A stretch of 64,000 nt of DNA, taken from positions 3,862 to 67,861 of the forward strand of contig JAGVOW010000064.1 of the NCBI GenBank assembly GCA_020052515.1, read 5' to 3'. Below are positions 36,668-45,463 of the stretch, piece after piece. The position numbers were made by a program, and so were the translations under genes. How positions within the stretch are numbered: position 1 is the stretch's first letter; each line of letters begins with the position of its first letter. The notes beneath the pieces are model-generated. The model was not told the origin of the DNA. It saw only the letters and a program-made list of their open reading frames with translations, and did no database searches. Source of the DNA: Brevinematales bacterium (GTDB lineage: Bacteria; Spirochaetota; Brevinematia; Brevinematales; JAOACQ01).

Positions 36668-36696
36668 CCCCCCGGCCTCCTTTTAAAAGGGGGAGG
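36668..36696. repeat. Family A-related hairpin CCCCCCGGCCTCCTTTTAAAAGGGGGAGG followed by a T-run
   Basis: It shares CCCCCCGGCC with A1. The stem is CCTCC with GGAGG, with an A/T centre, followed by TTTTT. It lies about 20 nt upstream of the oppC ATG, in a divergent promoter region. Confidence 0.55.
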
Positions 36697-36716
36697 TTTT
36701 TCTGTGAGGAATTTTT

Positions 36717-37556
36717 ATGGGAAAAGACGCGCTCCGCAGGCTTTTAAAAAATAAAATGGCGGTTTTTGGTATTGTCGTTATTTTGTTTTTCATTCTCATA
36801 GCGCTTTTTGCGGACAGGATTGCTCCTTATGCTTATGAAACCATCGATATGCCCAATCAGAATTTATCGCCTTCCTGGCAGCACCTCTTCGGCACGGATT
36901 CGCTGGGCAGAGATGTTTTCTCCAGAGTGATTTATGGGAGCCGGGTTTCTCTTTCAGTTGGTTTTGTGACTGCTTTTGTGGCTCTTTTTATAGGAGTCAC
37001 TTATGGTTCGATAGCCGGCTTTCTGGGTGGAAAAGTGGACGCGCTGATGATGCGTTTTGTGGACGTGCTTTATGGATTACCTTATATGTTTTTTGTCATT
37101 CTGCTGATGGTGATATTCGGAAGAAAATTCTATATGCTTTTTATCGGGATAGGAGCTGTTTCCTGGATGACGCTCGCCAGGATTTCCCGCGGTTTAATCC
37201 TATCCTTAAAAAACAATGAGTACATAGAAGCGGCCAGGTCAATTGGTGCTTCAAACTTTCGTTTGATTTTTCGCCACCTTCTGCCAAATGCTTTGGGGCC
37301 TATTGTTGTCTACGTAACCCTGACCATCCCTAATATAATGCTGGAAGAGGCTTTTTTATCCTTTATCGGCCTGGGTGTCCAGGCTCCAATGACTTCATGG
37401 GGGCTTCTGGCTTCGGAAGGTAAAAACGCCATTACGACTTACCCATGGCTCATTCTTTTTCCCGCTTTAGTTTTGGCCCTTGTGCTGCTCTCTTTGAATT
37501 TTCTGGGAGAGGGTTTAAGAGACGCACTGGATCCGTCCATGAAAAATAAAGTATAA
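36717..37556 (+). CDS. oppC: Oligopeptide/dipeptide ABC transporter permease (OppC/DppC type)
   Basis: N-terminal pattern APY...LFGTDSLGRDVFSRVIYGSR. The EAA-loop region reads EYIEAARSIGASNFRLIFRHLLPN. Confidence 0.9.
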   Translation: MGKDALRRLLKNKMAVFGIVVILFFILIALFADRIAPYAYETIDMPNQNLSPSWQHLFGTDSLGRDVFSRVIYGSRVSLSVGFVTAFVALFIGVTYGSIAGFLGGKVDALMMRFVDVLYGLPYMFFVILLMVIFGRKFYMLFIGIGAVSWMTLARISRGLILSLKNNEYIEAARSIGASNFRLIFRHLLPNALGPIVVYVTLTIPNIMLEEAFLSFIGLGVQAPMTSWGLLASEGKNAITTYPWLILFPALVLALVLLSLNFLGEGLRDALDPSMKNKV

Positions 37557-37571
37557 TATTTGGATGAATGA

Positions 37572-38276
37572 ATGAAAAGTTCTATGAGTGTTCTGCAATC
37601 CAGAGGATTTGTGGAAGAATCTCGGATTGTGATAGATGAGTCTATCGACAAGAATTTATTAAAAAAGAAACTCATTTCCGATATACCAACGGATAGAACA
37701 AAAGCCGCGATGATGATAAAAAAGTTGAATAGGAAAGAACTAATTCCAGATTTATTAGAAGCCTTAGTAACCGAAAAAAAGCTTTACTCTAAAATCGCGA
37801 TAGCGGAAGCTTTGATCCATTTTGGTGATGAGGCAGTAGAAAGAATAATTCCCTATTTAGGGCGGATTGGGAATAATCAGCACCATCAATTGCCTTCTCA
37901 GCCTTTTGGGAAAGACAACTATCCTTGCCCGAGAGATATTGTTGCAAGGATTCTAGTTCATATGAATGTTATTGTTATTTCCAAGCTTCTGAAACAGTGG
38001 GAAAAATTCTCACGGTTTCAGAAGCTTGAGGCTATAGATATTCTGGGTCATGTCTCTTTTTACCATAAGAACAAGGAGGCATTGCCGTTGCTTTTAGAGC
38101 TATATGAAAATAACAGAAATGACTCCGTTATGATCTGGAAACTCATTAGAGCCTTTTCAGCCTTTGAAGATGAAAGAGTGATTGTTATTTTAAATAACAC
38201 CATTACCAGAAAAGAAATAGAACAGCATGTATGTGAAGCAAAAAGAAGTTTGCGTTTAATAAAAAAGAGAAACTAA
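37572..38276 (+). CDS. HEAT-repeat protein inserted between oppC and oppD
   Basis: Repeats of the form L(I/L)P.LLEAL....(L/V)..(A/I)A.AL...GDE.A, for example IPDLLEALVTEKKLYSKIAIAEALIHFGDEAVERIIPYL. No signal peptide. Confidence 0.6.
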   Translation: MKSSMSVLQSRGFVEESRIVIDESIDKNLLKKKLISDIPTDRTKAAMMIKKLNRKELIPDLLEALVTEKKLYSKIAIAEALIHFGDEAVERIIPYLGRIGNNQHHQLPSQPFGKDNYPCPRDIVARILVHMNVIVISKLLKQWEKFSRFQKLEAIDILGHVSFYHKNKEALPLLLELYENNRNDSVMIWKLIRAFSAFEDERVIVILNNTITRKEIEQHVCEAKRSLRLIKKRN

Positions 38277-38306
38277 TGTCTGTATCCAAGAAAAGAGAGG
38301 GGCTTT

Positions 38307-39284
38307 ATGTCCGATGATAAATTGCTGGAAGTCAAAAACCTTACTACTATCTTTAGACTGGATGAAGGAATTCTCACAGCCGTGAACGGGGTTTCCTTTT
38401 CTGTTGGTAAAGAAGAAACCGTCGGTATTGTAGGGGAATCGGGAAGCGGGAAATCGGTTGCAAATTTGAGCGTCCTCGGCCTTATACCAACACCTCCCGG
38501 AAAAATCATTGCCGGAGAGATTTTTTTTGAAGGCAAAGAAATATTAAATATCCCTGAAAGTGAGAAGAGAAAAATCCGGGGTAAAAAAATTTCTTTTATT
38601 TTTCAAGACCCTATGACGTCTTTGAACCCTTATTTGAGGATTTCCACCCAGCTTACAGAAGGATTGATATACCACAATCGAATTTCTAAAAAAGAAGCCC
38701 TTTCAAAGGCAGTGGAAATGCTGAAATGGGTGGGGATATCCGAAGCTGAAAAAAAAGTTTTTTATTATCCTCATCAGTTTTCCGGCGGAATGCGCCAAAG
38801 GGTAATGATCGCTATGGCATTATTAAACCGTCCGAAATTGTTGATTGCCGATGAACCGACCACCGCGCTGGACGTTACTATTCAGGCGCAGATTTTGGAG
38901 CTTCTAAAGGACCTGAAAAGCAAGATTGGCCTTTCATTGATCCTGATTACACATAACCTGGGCGTGGTAGCCGGGATGGCGGATAGAATATTGGTCATGT
39001 ACGCCGGGTTTCTTGTAGAAGAAAATATTACAGAAGAGCTTTTCTTAAGGCCCAAACATCCCTATACAAAAGCTTTGCTGAAAGCCATCCCCCGTCTGGA
39101 TAAAAAAGAGGGGGAAGATTATTATACCATACCAGGATCACCGCCAAATTTGGTGGATCTTCCGGATGCTTGTCCTTTTCATCCGAGATGTGATAGGGCA
39201 ATGGATGATTGTAGAAAGAAAATGCCTTTGTTAGAAAAAATTGGAGAAACAGGAAGATTTGCATGTTATCATCCAATTGTGTGA
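38307..39284 (+). CDS. oppD: Oligopeptide ABC transporter ATP-binding protein OppD
   Basis: Walker A GESGSGKS, signature [15 protein letters not shown], Walker [13 protein letters not shown]. The C-terminal oligopeptide-type extension has Cys residues. Confidence 0.9.
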   Translation: MSDDKLLEVKNLTTIFRLDEGILTAVNGVSFSVGKEETVGIVGESGSGKSVANLSVLGLIPTPPGKIIAGEIFFEGKEILNIPESEKRKIRGKKISFIFQDPMTSLNPYLRISTQLTEGLIYHNRISKKEALSKAVEMLKWVGISEAEKKVFYYPHQFSGGMRQRVMIAMALLNRPKLLIADEPTTALDVTIQAQILELLKDLKSKIGLSLILITHNLGVVAGMADRILVMYAGFLVEENITEELFLRPKHPYTKALLKAIPRLDKKEGEDYYTIPGSPPNLVDLPDACPFHPRCDRAMDDCRKKMPLLEKIGETGRFACYHPIV

Positions 39285-39290
39285 CCGCAG

Positions 39291-39326
39291 GCATATAGGC
39301 GCGGTTAATTAACCGCGCCTATATGC
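39291..39326. repeat. Family B palindrome, 36-bp perfect copy (B2)
   Basis: Sequence GCATATAGGCGCGGTTAATTAACCGCGCCTATATGC. It begins 7 nt after the oppD stop. Confidence 0.85.
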
Positions 39327-39356
39327 TAATTTGATAATAAGTTGAGGGAAAGAATA

Positions 39357-40334
39357 ATGCCAAAGTTGTTGGAATGTGTTCATCTAAAAAAATTTTTTCA
39401 GTTAGGAAACCATCTTGTTGTGAAGGCATTAGATGGCGTTTCACTTGATTTAAATCAGGGTGAAACCCTTGGTGTTGTAGGGGAATCTGGCTGCGGAAAA
39501 TCTACTTTAGCCAGAACTTTGATTCGGCTTTATCAGCCGGATGAGGGACAGATTTTCTTTGAGGGAAAAGATATCGCGAAGCTGCAGGAAAGAGATTTAA
39601 CCGGGGTAAGGCGGAATTTTCAAATGATTTTTCAGGACCCTTATGCTTCTTTAAACCCCAGGATGCCGATTGGAGAAATCATCGCGGAACCCCTGGATGT
39701 TTTTAGAGAAAAAAAACTGATCCAAATTTCCAAGAAGGAAATTCAAAAAAGGGCAAAAGAACTTTTGGAATTGGTTGGCCTTTCCTCGCATTTTAGTAGC
39801 CGCTATCCGCACGAGTTTTCAGGCGGTCAGAGACAGCGAATTGGTATAGCCAGAAGCCTGGCTTTATCCCCAAAATTATTGATTTGTGATGAACCGGTGT
39901 CAGCTCTGGATGTTTCCATTCAATCCCAGATACTAAATCTCCTGGAAAAACTTCAAAAAGAGTTGAATTTAACTTACCTTTTTATTTCCCATGACCTATC
40001 TGTGGTCAGGCATATTGCTGACCGAACGGCGGTAATGTATCTGGGAAAAGTAGTAGAAATTGCTCCTTCTAAAATGATTTATGAAAAACCGCTTCATCCT
40101 TACTCAAAGGCTCTTTTGTCCGATGTTCCCATTCCTGATCCGCAAAAAGAAAAAAAACGCCAGAGGATTATTTTAAAAGGGGAAGTATCTTCTACTCATA
40201 AAAGAGATAAAGGCTGTTGTTTTCAAGACCGCTGCTTTCTGAAAACGGAAATTTGTGAAAGAATTGAGCCTCCTTTAGAAGAGAAAGAGAATGGGCATCT
40301 TTCCGCCTGCCATCATTATGAAAAACTTTTGTAA
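39357..40334 (+). CDS. oppF: Oligopeptide ABC transporter ATP-binding protein OppF
   Basis: Start taken at ATG 39357 (GAGGGA upstream). Walker A GESGCGKST, signature FSGGQRQRIGIARSL, Walker B LLICDEPVSALD. Confidence 0.9.
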   Translation: MPKLLECVHLKKFFQLGNHLVVKALDGVSLDLNQGETLGVVGESGCGKSTLARTLIRLYQPDEGQIFFEGKDIAKLQERDLTGVRRNFQMIFQDPYASLNPRMPIGEIIAEPLDVFREKKLIQISKKEIQKRAKELLELVGLSSHFSSRYPHEFSGGQRQRIGIARSLALSPKLLICDEPVSALDVSIQSQILNLLEKLQKELNLTYLFISHDLSVVRHIADRTAVMYLGKVVEIAPSKMIYEKPLHPYSKALLSDVPIPDPQKEKKRQRIILKGEVSSTHKRDKGCCFQDRCFLKTEICERIEPPLEEKENGHLSACHHYEKLL

Positions 40335-40370
40335 AACGATCTTTTTTCCGATAAATTAGGGAGATGTATT

Positions 40371-40429
40371 ATGTAACCGCGGGCTTTAGCCCGCGTAAAT
40401 TAATCGCAAGCTAAAGCTTGCGGCTACAT
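40371..40429. repeat. Two family C hairpins in inverted orientation (C2a and C2b)
   Basis: C2a is ATGTAACCGCGGGCTTTAGCCCGCG, the spacer is TAAATTAAT, and C2b is CGCAAGCTAAAGCTTGCGGCTACAT. Each half has a 7-bp stem with a 4-nt loop. The stems differ by paired (compensatory) changes. Confidence 0.85.
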
Positions 40430-40473
40430 AGGAGAGTAAGTTAAAGGCAGTTCTAAGTTGTAAAGGAGTTTCT

Positions 40474-41409
40474 ATGAAGAAATCGATAGTATCGGTTGTT
40501 TTCTTATTTCTTATTTTTTCTTCTATTTATTCTACGGATTCTAGTGTCAGCAATTTCCAGGTTGAGCTTCAATTTTTTAAGCAGGTCTACCGGATAAGTG
40601 ATCCAGTGCCGGTTTTGATCAATATCGTCAATCGTTCCGGTGAGAAAACCTCGTTCAGAGTATCTCCATTGATTCATGAAAGTTTTTTCTTCGAATTGAA
40701 GACGCCGAAGAATGAGGATGTTCCAATTGCTGATAATTTTCAGGTTGAGATGAAAGATAATGCTTCTGCGGGAAGTGACTTCAGGGAAATTACATTGGCC
40801 GAAAATGAATCTTTCTCCCGGTTTATTGACATTGCCAAATGGTTTGACTTAAAAGAGCCCGGATATTATTATATTAAGGGTATATTTTTTCCCAATCCGG
40901 ACAACAAGAATGAACAAGCGGAATCTTTTTATTATAAAATTTTGTTAAAACCGCCTTCGTCTGTGGAAAAACAGTTGAATAAAGAGGAAAGCAATAGACA
41001 GGTAGAATTGGAAAATGTACAAAAATTCCCTCCTTATGAAGTAATAGGGGATTTTTTTGACGCGAAGATGAAAAAAGATTGGGAAAGGTTTCTTCTTCAT
41101 ATTGATGCGGAGAAGCTCATTTCTTCTTTTGATGAATACAAAGCGGCATATGAAAACGCAAGAAGCGGTAAATACAGACTGGAAGTTTTAGAAGATTTTA
41201 AAAGGTATCTGACGGTGCACTGGCAGGACAGGATCATGGCTTATAAAATCACTAAAACCCAGATTGAGGAAAATAAAGCAACGGTGGGCTGTGATGTGGA
41301 TTACAAAATAGAGACTTTGTCTTATTCTATGAGGTATTTGTTTTATTTATCTCAAAACCACCTCGGCCAGTGGTTGATTTATGATTATACCGCATTAAAA
41401 ATAAAATAA
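40474..41409 (+). CDS. Secreted protein of unknown function (311 aa)
   Basis: Signal peptide. The N-terminal half is beta-rich and the C-terminal half is helical plus beta. The stop lies 1-13 nt before the folP start. Confidence 0.55.
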   Translation: MKKSIVSVVFLFLIFSSIYSTDSSVSNFQVELQFFKQVYRISDPVPVLINIVNRSGEKTSFRVSPLIHESFFFELKTPKNEDVPIADNFQVEMKDNASAGSDFREITLAENESFSRFIDIAKWFDLKEPGYYYIKGIFFPNPDNKNEQAESFYYKILLKPPSSVEKQLNKEESNRQVELENVQKFPPYEVIGDFFDAKMKKDWERFLLHIDAEKLISSFDEYKAAYENARSGKYRLEVLEDFKRYLTVHWQDRIMAYKITKTQIEENKATVGCDVDYKIETLSYSMRYLFYLSQNHLGQWLIYDYTALKIK

Positions 41410-41422
41410 TTTGGATTACTAT

Positions 41423-42640
41423 ATGACAATCTATCCGCTCACGGTCTGTTCAAATAATTTGCTGGACGAGTGTTACAAGATCGGGTGCACGGAAAAGGCT
41501 TTCTCTTTTTTTCAGAAAAAATTCGATGTTCTTCCTATTAAGATTCATTCCGTAAAATCACCGATGGCTAATATTATTAAACAGGAAATGATTTCCAGCA
41601 AGGGGGATGCGGTAGTCCATGCCAGAACGATTTCCTGCAAAATTGATTCTACTGATGTACTGCTTCTGGGAACGCAATCTGTTTATCAGGATTTTTTCAG
41701 GAAAATGGAGTACCAGAATTATCCGTCTTTAGTGGTTCTTTCTAAGGATCTCAAAAAATTAATAGAAAATTTCCACAATAAAACCCCTATTCAAACCACC
41801 CGGAATAATAGGAAAATTGACTATTCTAAGCCGGTATTGATGGGTATTTTGAATGTAACAGAGAATTCTTTTTATGACGGCGGTAAATACCTCAATTTAG
41901 ATAATGCTCTGGCTCATTGTGAAAAAATGATTTCGGATGGCGCGAATATTATCGATGTAGGTGGTGAATCTTCAAAGCCGGGCAGTGACCCAATCAGCGT
42001 TGAGCAGGAAATGGAGAGAGTGATTCCTTTAATAAAAAGAATTTCTCAGAATTTTGACGTTGTTATTTCTGTAGATACCGTTAAAGCGGAAGTAGCGGAA
42101 GAAGCAATGAAAGCAGGCGCTGATGTCATTAACGATATTAGCGCTCTTCAGCATGACCCTAAAGTGAAAGAGATTGCAAAGAATTATCAAGCAATATTAA
42201 TACTAATGCATAGCAAGGGAACCCCTAAGAACATGCAGGAAAATCCATTCTACGAAGACGTTATCCGGGAATTAATTGAATTTTTTGATGAAAGGGTGAA
42301 TATGGCGTTGAAAGAAGGTTTATCCATCGAGCAATTAATTATTGATCCGGGGATAGGTTTTGGCAAAAGGCTAGTGGACAATCAAGTGATTTTAAAAAAT
42401 TTGGCTGCTTTCAAGAAATACGGCATCCCCATTATGGTGGGGGCTTCTAGAAAGTCGATGGTGGGTATGATGCTGGGGAATTCCGATGCTGTGAATGCCG
42501 GTATTAAACCGCCGGAAGAGAGATTGTACGGCACACTTGGAGCGCATGCGGCTGCTTTTATGAGGGGAGCGGACATACTCAGAGTCCATGATGTAAAAGA
42601 GCATTTTGAATTATTAAAAGCACTTAATTTTATTAAGTAA
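41423..42640 (+). CDS. folP: Dihydropteroate synthase with an N-terminal extension of about 130 aa
   Basis: DHPS core motifs GILNVTENSFYDGG, DVGGESSKPG, SVDT, INDISA and DPGIGFGK begin at about residue 140. The start is ATG 41423 or TTG 41411; neither has a strong RBS. Confidence 0.88.
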   Translation: MTIYPLTVCSNNLLDECYKIGCTEKAFSFFQKKFDVLPIKIHSVKSPMANIIKQEMISSKGDAVVHARTISCKIDSTDVLLLGTQSVYQDFFRKMEYQNYPSLVVLSKDLKKLIENFHNKTPIQTTRNNRKIDYSKPVLMGILNVTENSFYDGGKYLNLDNALAHCEKMISDGANIIDVGGESSKPGSDPISVEQEMERVIPLIKRISQNFDVVISVDTVKAEVAEEAMKAGADVINDISALQHDPKVKEIAKNYQAILILMHSKGTPKNMQENPFYEDVIRELIEFFDERVNMALKEGLSIEQLIIDPGIGFGKRLVDNQVILKNLAAFKKYGIPIMVGASRKSMVGMMLGNSDAVNAGIKPPEERLYGTLGAHAAAFMRGADILRVHDVKEHFELLKALNFIK

Positions 42641-42681
42641 AATCAAGATTTGTTCGAAAATAGAGTAGGAGTTTAAAGCCA

Positions 42682-43764
42682 ATGCAGGATTATAAAAAAC
42701 AATTCCAGAGACGTTTTAAAGACCTGGAAAAAGATATCCGCAAGAGTTTAAAATCTCTTCAGAAAATAGATGCGCCTCATTCTGTCGTTTTTTCAAAAAA
42801 ACAATTATTATTCGGTGGAGCTGTTCTGGGAGCTGTTATCATTATTTTTTCAACCATTTTGATTCTCCATGCTTTCAAGCAAAAAATTTATGATGTGTCT
42901 TTTTTGGGTAAAGTAAAAATAGAGGAAGAGTTTAATTCCATGTCAAATATGGACGCGACGGGCGGCAATGAGATAAAGTCTTTTGAGACAAATAGCGCTG
43001 AGCTGAAATTTTTCTTTTATAAAATCAAACAGGGAGAATCTGTTTATACCCTTGCGAAAAAACTGGGTGTCAGTATGGATACCTTGATCAGTTTGAATAG
43101 TATGGAAAATGCCCACAGTTTAGAGGAAGGGAAAAGAATTATTGTTCCAAATCTTCAAGGAATCTTGTACAACGTTAAAAAAGGCGATAACTTAGAAAGT
43201 ATCGCTAAAAAGTATAAAATCAATTTAGAAGATGTGCTGGACGCGAATGATTTGCAGGAGAGCGAAATCTCTAAAGCGGAAGTGAATGAAGGAGATATTA
43301 TTTTTCTTCCGGGAGCGCAATTATCTGATGCTGAAAGAGCGAAAATATTAGGCTATTTGTTTGTAAAGCCTTTGAGAGGCAGATTTACCTCTGGATTTGG
43401 TGTAAGAATGGATCCTTTTTACGGAAGCGCTGGTTACCATCCTGGTGTTGATATATCAGCTCCCATAGGTACTACTGTAAAAGCGGCCAAAGAAGGCAGA
43501 GTCGTTTATGCTGGATGGTATGGCGGATACGGAAAATGCATTATTATTAAGCATAAATTTGGCTATGAAACAATCTATGGCCACCTTTCAAGTATTGGAG
43601 TCAAAAAAGATTATTGGATTTCAGTAGGGCAGTATATCGGCAGAGTAGGAAGCACCGGCCGTTCAACGGGAGCGCATTTGCACTTTGAGGTAAGAAAATT
43701 TGGCCGTCCTATCAACCCCCTGCGGTTGGCTGGCCTTGCTAAGGCGCAAAGACGATGGTATTAA
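42682..43764 (+). CDS. M23 family metallopeptidase with two LysM domains
   Basis: An N-terminal TM anchor. LysM repeats YKIKQGESVYTLAKKLGVSMDTLISLN and YNVKKGDNLESIAKKYKINLEDVLDAN. M23 motifs HPGVDI and GAHLHFEV. Confidence 0.9.
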   Translation: MQDYKKQFQRRFKDLEKDIRKSLKSLQKIDAPHSVVFSKKQLLFGGAVLGAVIIIFSTILILHAFKQKIYDVSFLGKVKIEEEFNSMSNMDATGGNEIKSFETNSAELKFFFYKIKQGESVYTLAKKLGVSMDTLISLNSMENAHSLEEGKRIIVPNLQGILYNVKKGDNLESIAKKYKINLEDVLDANDLQESEISKAEVNEGDIIFLPGAQLSDAERAKILGYLFVKPLRGRFTSGFGVRMDPFYGSAGYHPGVDISAPIGTTVKAAKEGRVVYAGWYGGYGKCIIIKHKFGYETIYGHLSSIGVKKDYWISVGQYIGRVGSTGRSTGAHLHFEVRKFGRPINPLRLAGLAKAQRRWY

Positions 43765-43770
43765 CTTCCT

Positions 43771-44730
43771 ATGAATCAAATTATTTCGCTTCTTCTGAAT
43801 CAAGAAAATTACCTATCCGGCCAGGAATTAGCGCGTAAACTCAATTTATCGCGGACCGCGGTCTGGAAGCAAATTCATAAGGCTAAGGAAGCCGGGTGGA
43901 AAATTGAATCCTGCCGGAAAAAAGGATATAAGATTATCTCTTCTCCAAAAAATAGAATCATTCACGAAATAGTAGAGTTTTATTTTAAAAACAAACTTCC
44001 CTTTGAATTAATTCTACTGGAATCTGCAGATTCTACCAATGAAGCCGCAAAGAGAATGCTTTTAAGCAATAAGGAAGGAAGTTTCCTCGTCACCGCGGAA
44101 GAGCAAACCGCGGGTAAAGGAAGATTTCATAGAAAATGGGAAAGCCAGAAGGGAAAAGATTTAACCTTCTCTCTTTGCTTATCTTTAGACAAAAATATTT
44201 CTGAATTATATTCATTTACTATGATAGCGGCTTTATCCGTCTATGAGGTTATTGCCTCTTATTTGAACGATCAGTCAGCCCTGTTAAAAATAAAATGGCC
44301 CAATGATATTTATTACGACGGGAAAAAATTTTGCGGCATCCTGGCAGAAACTTTTGCCGAAGACAATATTATTCATCATATTATTATCGGGATCGGTATC
44401 AATATCAATTCCTCTCCAACTATGGAAACAGCCATTTCTCTCAAATCTATTTTGGGGAAAGAAGCTGACCGAAATCAAATTTTGTCCGAAATTATGAGGA
44501 AATTACAGGAAAATCTTTTATCTTATCAGCAGGGCAAGTTTGAGGCTGTCTATAAAAAATGGAAGGCAGCTGTTTTATGGATAGGTAAACCCGTAAAGCT
44601 TCTTGTCGGGCAAGAAGCACATTACGGAATTTTAACTGATATTCAGCCTAATGGGGCACTGCTTATTTCTGATTCCGGAAAGGAAAGTGTTTTTTATTCA
44701 GGGGATTTGTCGGCAGACTTCCTTTTATAG
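43771..44730 (+). CDS. birA: Bifunctional biotin--[acetyl-CoA-carboxylase] ligase and biotin operon repressor
   Basis: N-terminal wHTH YLSGQELARKLNLSRTAVWKQI, ligase motif QTAGKGRFHRKWES, and KWPNDI. Confidence 0.9.
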   Translation: MNQIISLLLNQENYLSGQELARKLNLSRTAVWKQIHKAKEAGWKIESCRKKGYKIISSPKNRIIHEIVEFYFKNKLPFELILLESADSTNEAAKRMLLSNKEGSFLVTAEEQTAGKGRFHRKWESQKGKDLTFSLCLSLDKNISELYSFTMIAALSVYEVIASYLNDQSALLKIKWPNDIYYDGKKFCGILAETFAEDNIIHHIIIGIGININSSPTMETAISLKSILGKEADRNQILSEIMRKLQENLLSYQQGKFEAVYKKWKAAVLWIGKPVKLLVGQEAHYGILTDIQPNGALLISDSGKESVFYSGDLSADFLL

Positions 44731-44759
44731 GCGCGGTTAATTAACCGCGCCTATAAAAG
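44722..44759. repeat. Family B palindrome, 38-bp perfect copy (B3), with the birA stop codon inside it
   Basis: Sequence CTTTTATAGGCGCGGTTAATTAACCGCGCCTATAAAAG. The TAG stop at 44728-44730 is part of the left arm. Confidence 0.85.
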
Positions 44760-44840
44760 CATTCGAAAATTTTCTAATACTTTATTTTTGTAAAGAATTG
44801 ATATATAATAAGGGCAGTTTTATAAAACAGAGGAGCCGCA

Positions 44841-45449
44841 ATGAGTCGTATTGAGCGAAGCGATTCTAAAGGTCGAAGCTTGAGAAAGAAAGAAAAATTG
44901 CCAAAGAAGCAAAAAATAAAAAGAAAAATTAGATGGACGTATTTTGACAAAAACATGGTGCATTTCTTTTCCAAAAGGCGAAGAAGGGCTTTAACGGCTT
45001 TTATGCGTTTTATGACCCAGGTAGGCGATGGCTTGGTCTGGTTTCTTTTATGTGTTGTTTTCATAGCTATTAATTTAAACGCGGGGATGGCGCTTACTTT
45101 TGCTTCACTGATCCAGATTCTTTTCCAGAAAATTATTAAACATATTTTTGTTCGTCAAAGGCCTTATGTCCGTTTTGAAGAAATTTCGCACGAAATGTCT
45201 CCGCCGGACCGGTTTTCCTTCCCTTCCGGGCACACAGCAGGCGCTTTTGTTATCGCTTTTGTTTTTTACTATTTTTATCCGTTTTTATTTATTCCCATGC
45301 TGATTATAGCCAGTGTGATCGGTTTTTCCAGGATTTATCTTGGTCTGCATTACCCTACCGATGTCCTGGCAGGCGTCATTCTTGGTTTTCTCAGCGCTCG
45401 TTTGGGGATTTATCTAGCTCTATTGCTAGATTATGCCTTTAAGTTTTAG
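44841..45449 (+). CDS. PAP2-family phosphatase (undecaprenyl-diphosphatase/PgpB-like) with a Lys/Arg-rich N-terminal tail
   Basis: PAP2 motifs KHIFVRQRP, PSGHTAG and SRIYLGLHYPTDVLAG. A GAGGAG RBS precedes ATG 44841. Confidence 0.8.
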   Translation: MSRIERSDSKGRSLRKKEKLPKKQKIKRKIRWTYFDKNMVHFFSKRRRRALTAFMRFMTQVGDGLVWFLLCVVFIAINLNAGMALTFASLIQILFQKIIKHIFVRQRPYVRFEEISHEMSPPDRFSFPSGHTAGAFVIAFVFYYFYPFLFIPMLIIASVIGFSRIYLGLHYPTDVLAGVILGFLSARLGIYLALLLDYAFKF

Positions 45450-45463
45450 GTAAAAGGTTTCTT

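Noticed and set aside
40371-40429. Whether the family C hairpins (and 16929, 28338) are remnants of a CRISPR array
   Set aside because: The repeats resemble hairpin-forming CRISPR repeats in length. However, they occur singly or as an inverted pair 9 nt apart, not as direct repeats with 30-40 nt spacers. No cas genes or leader are present.
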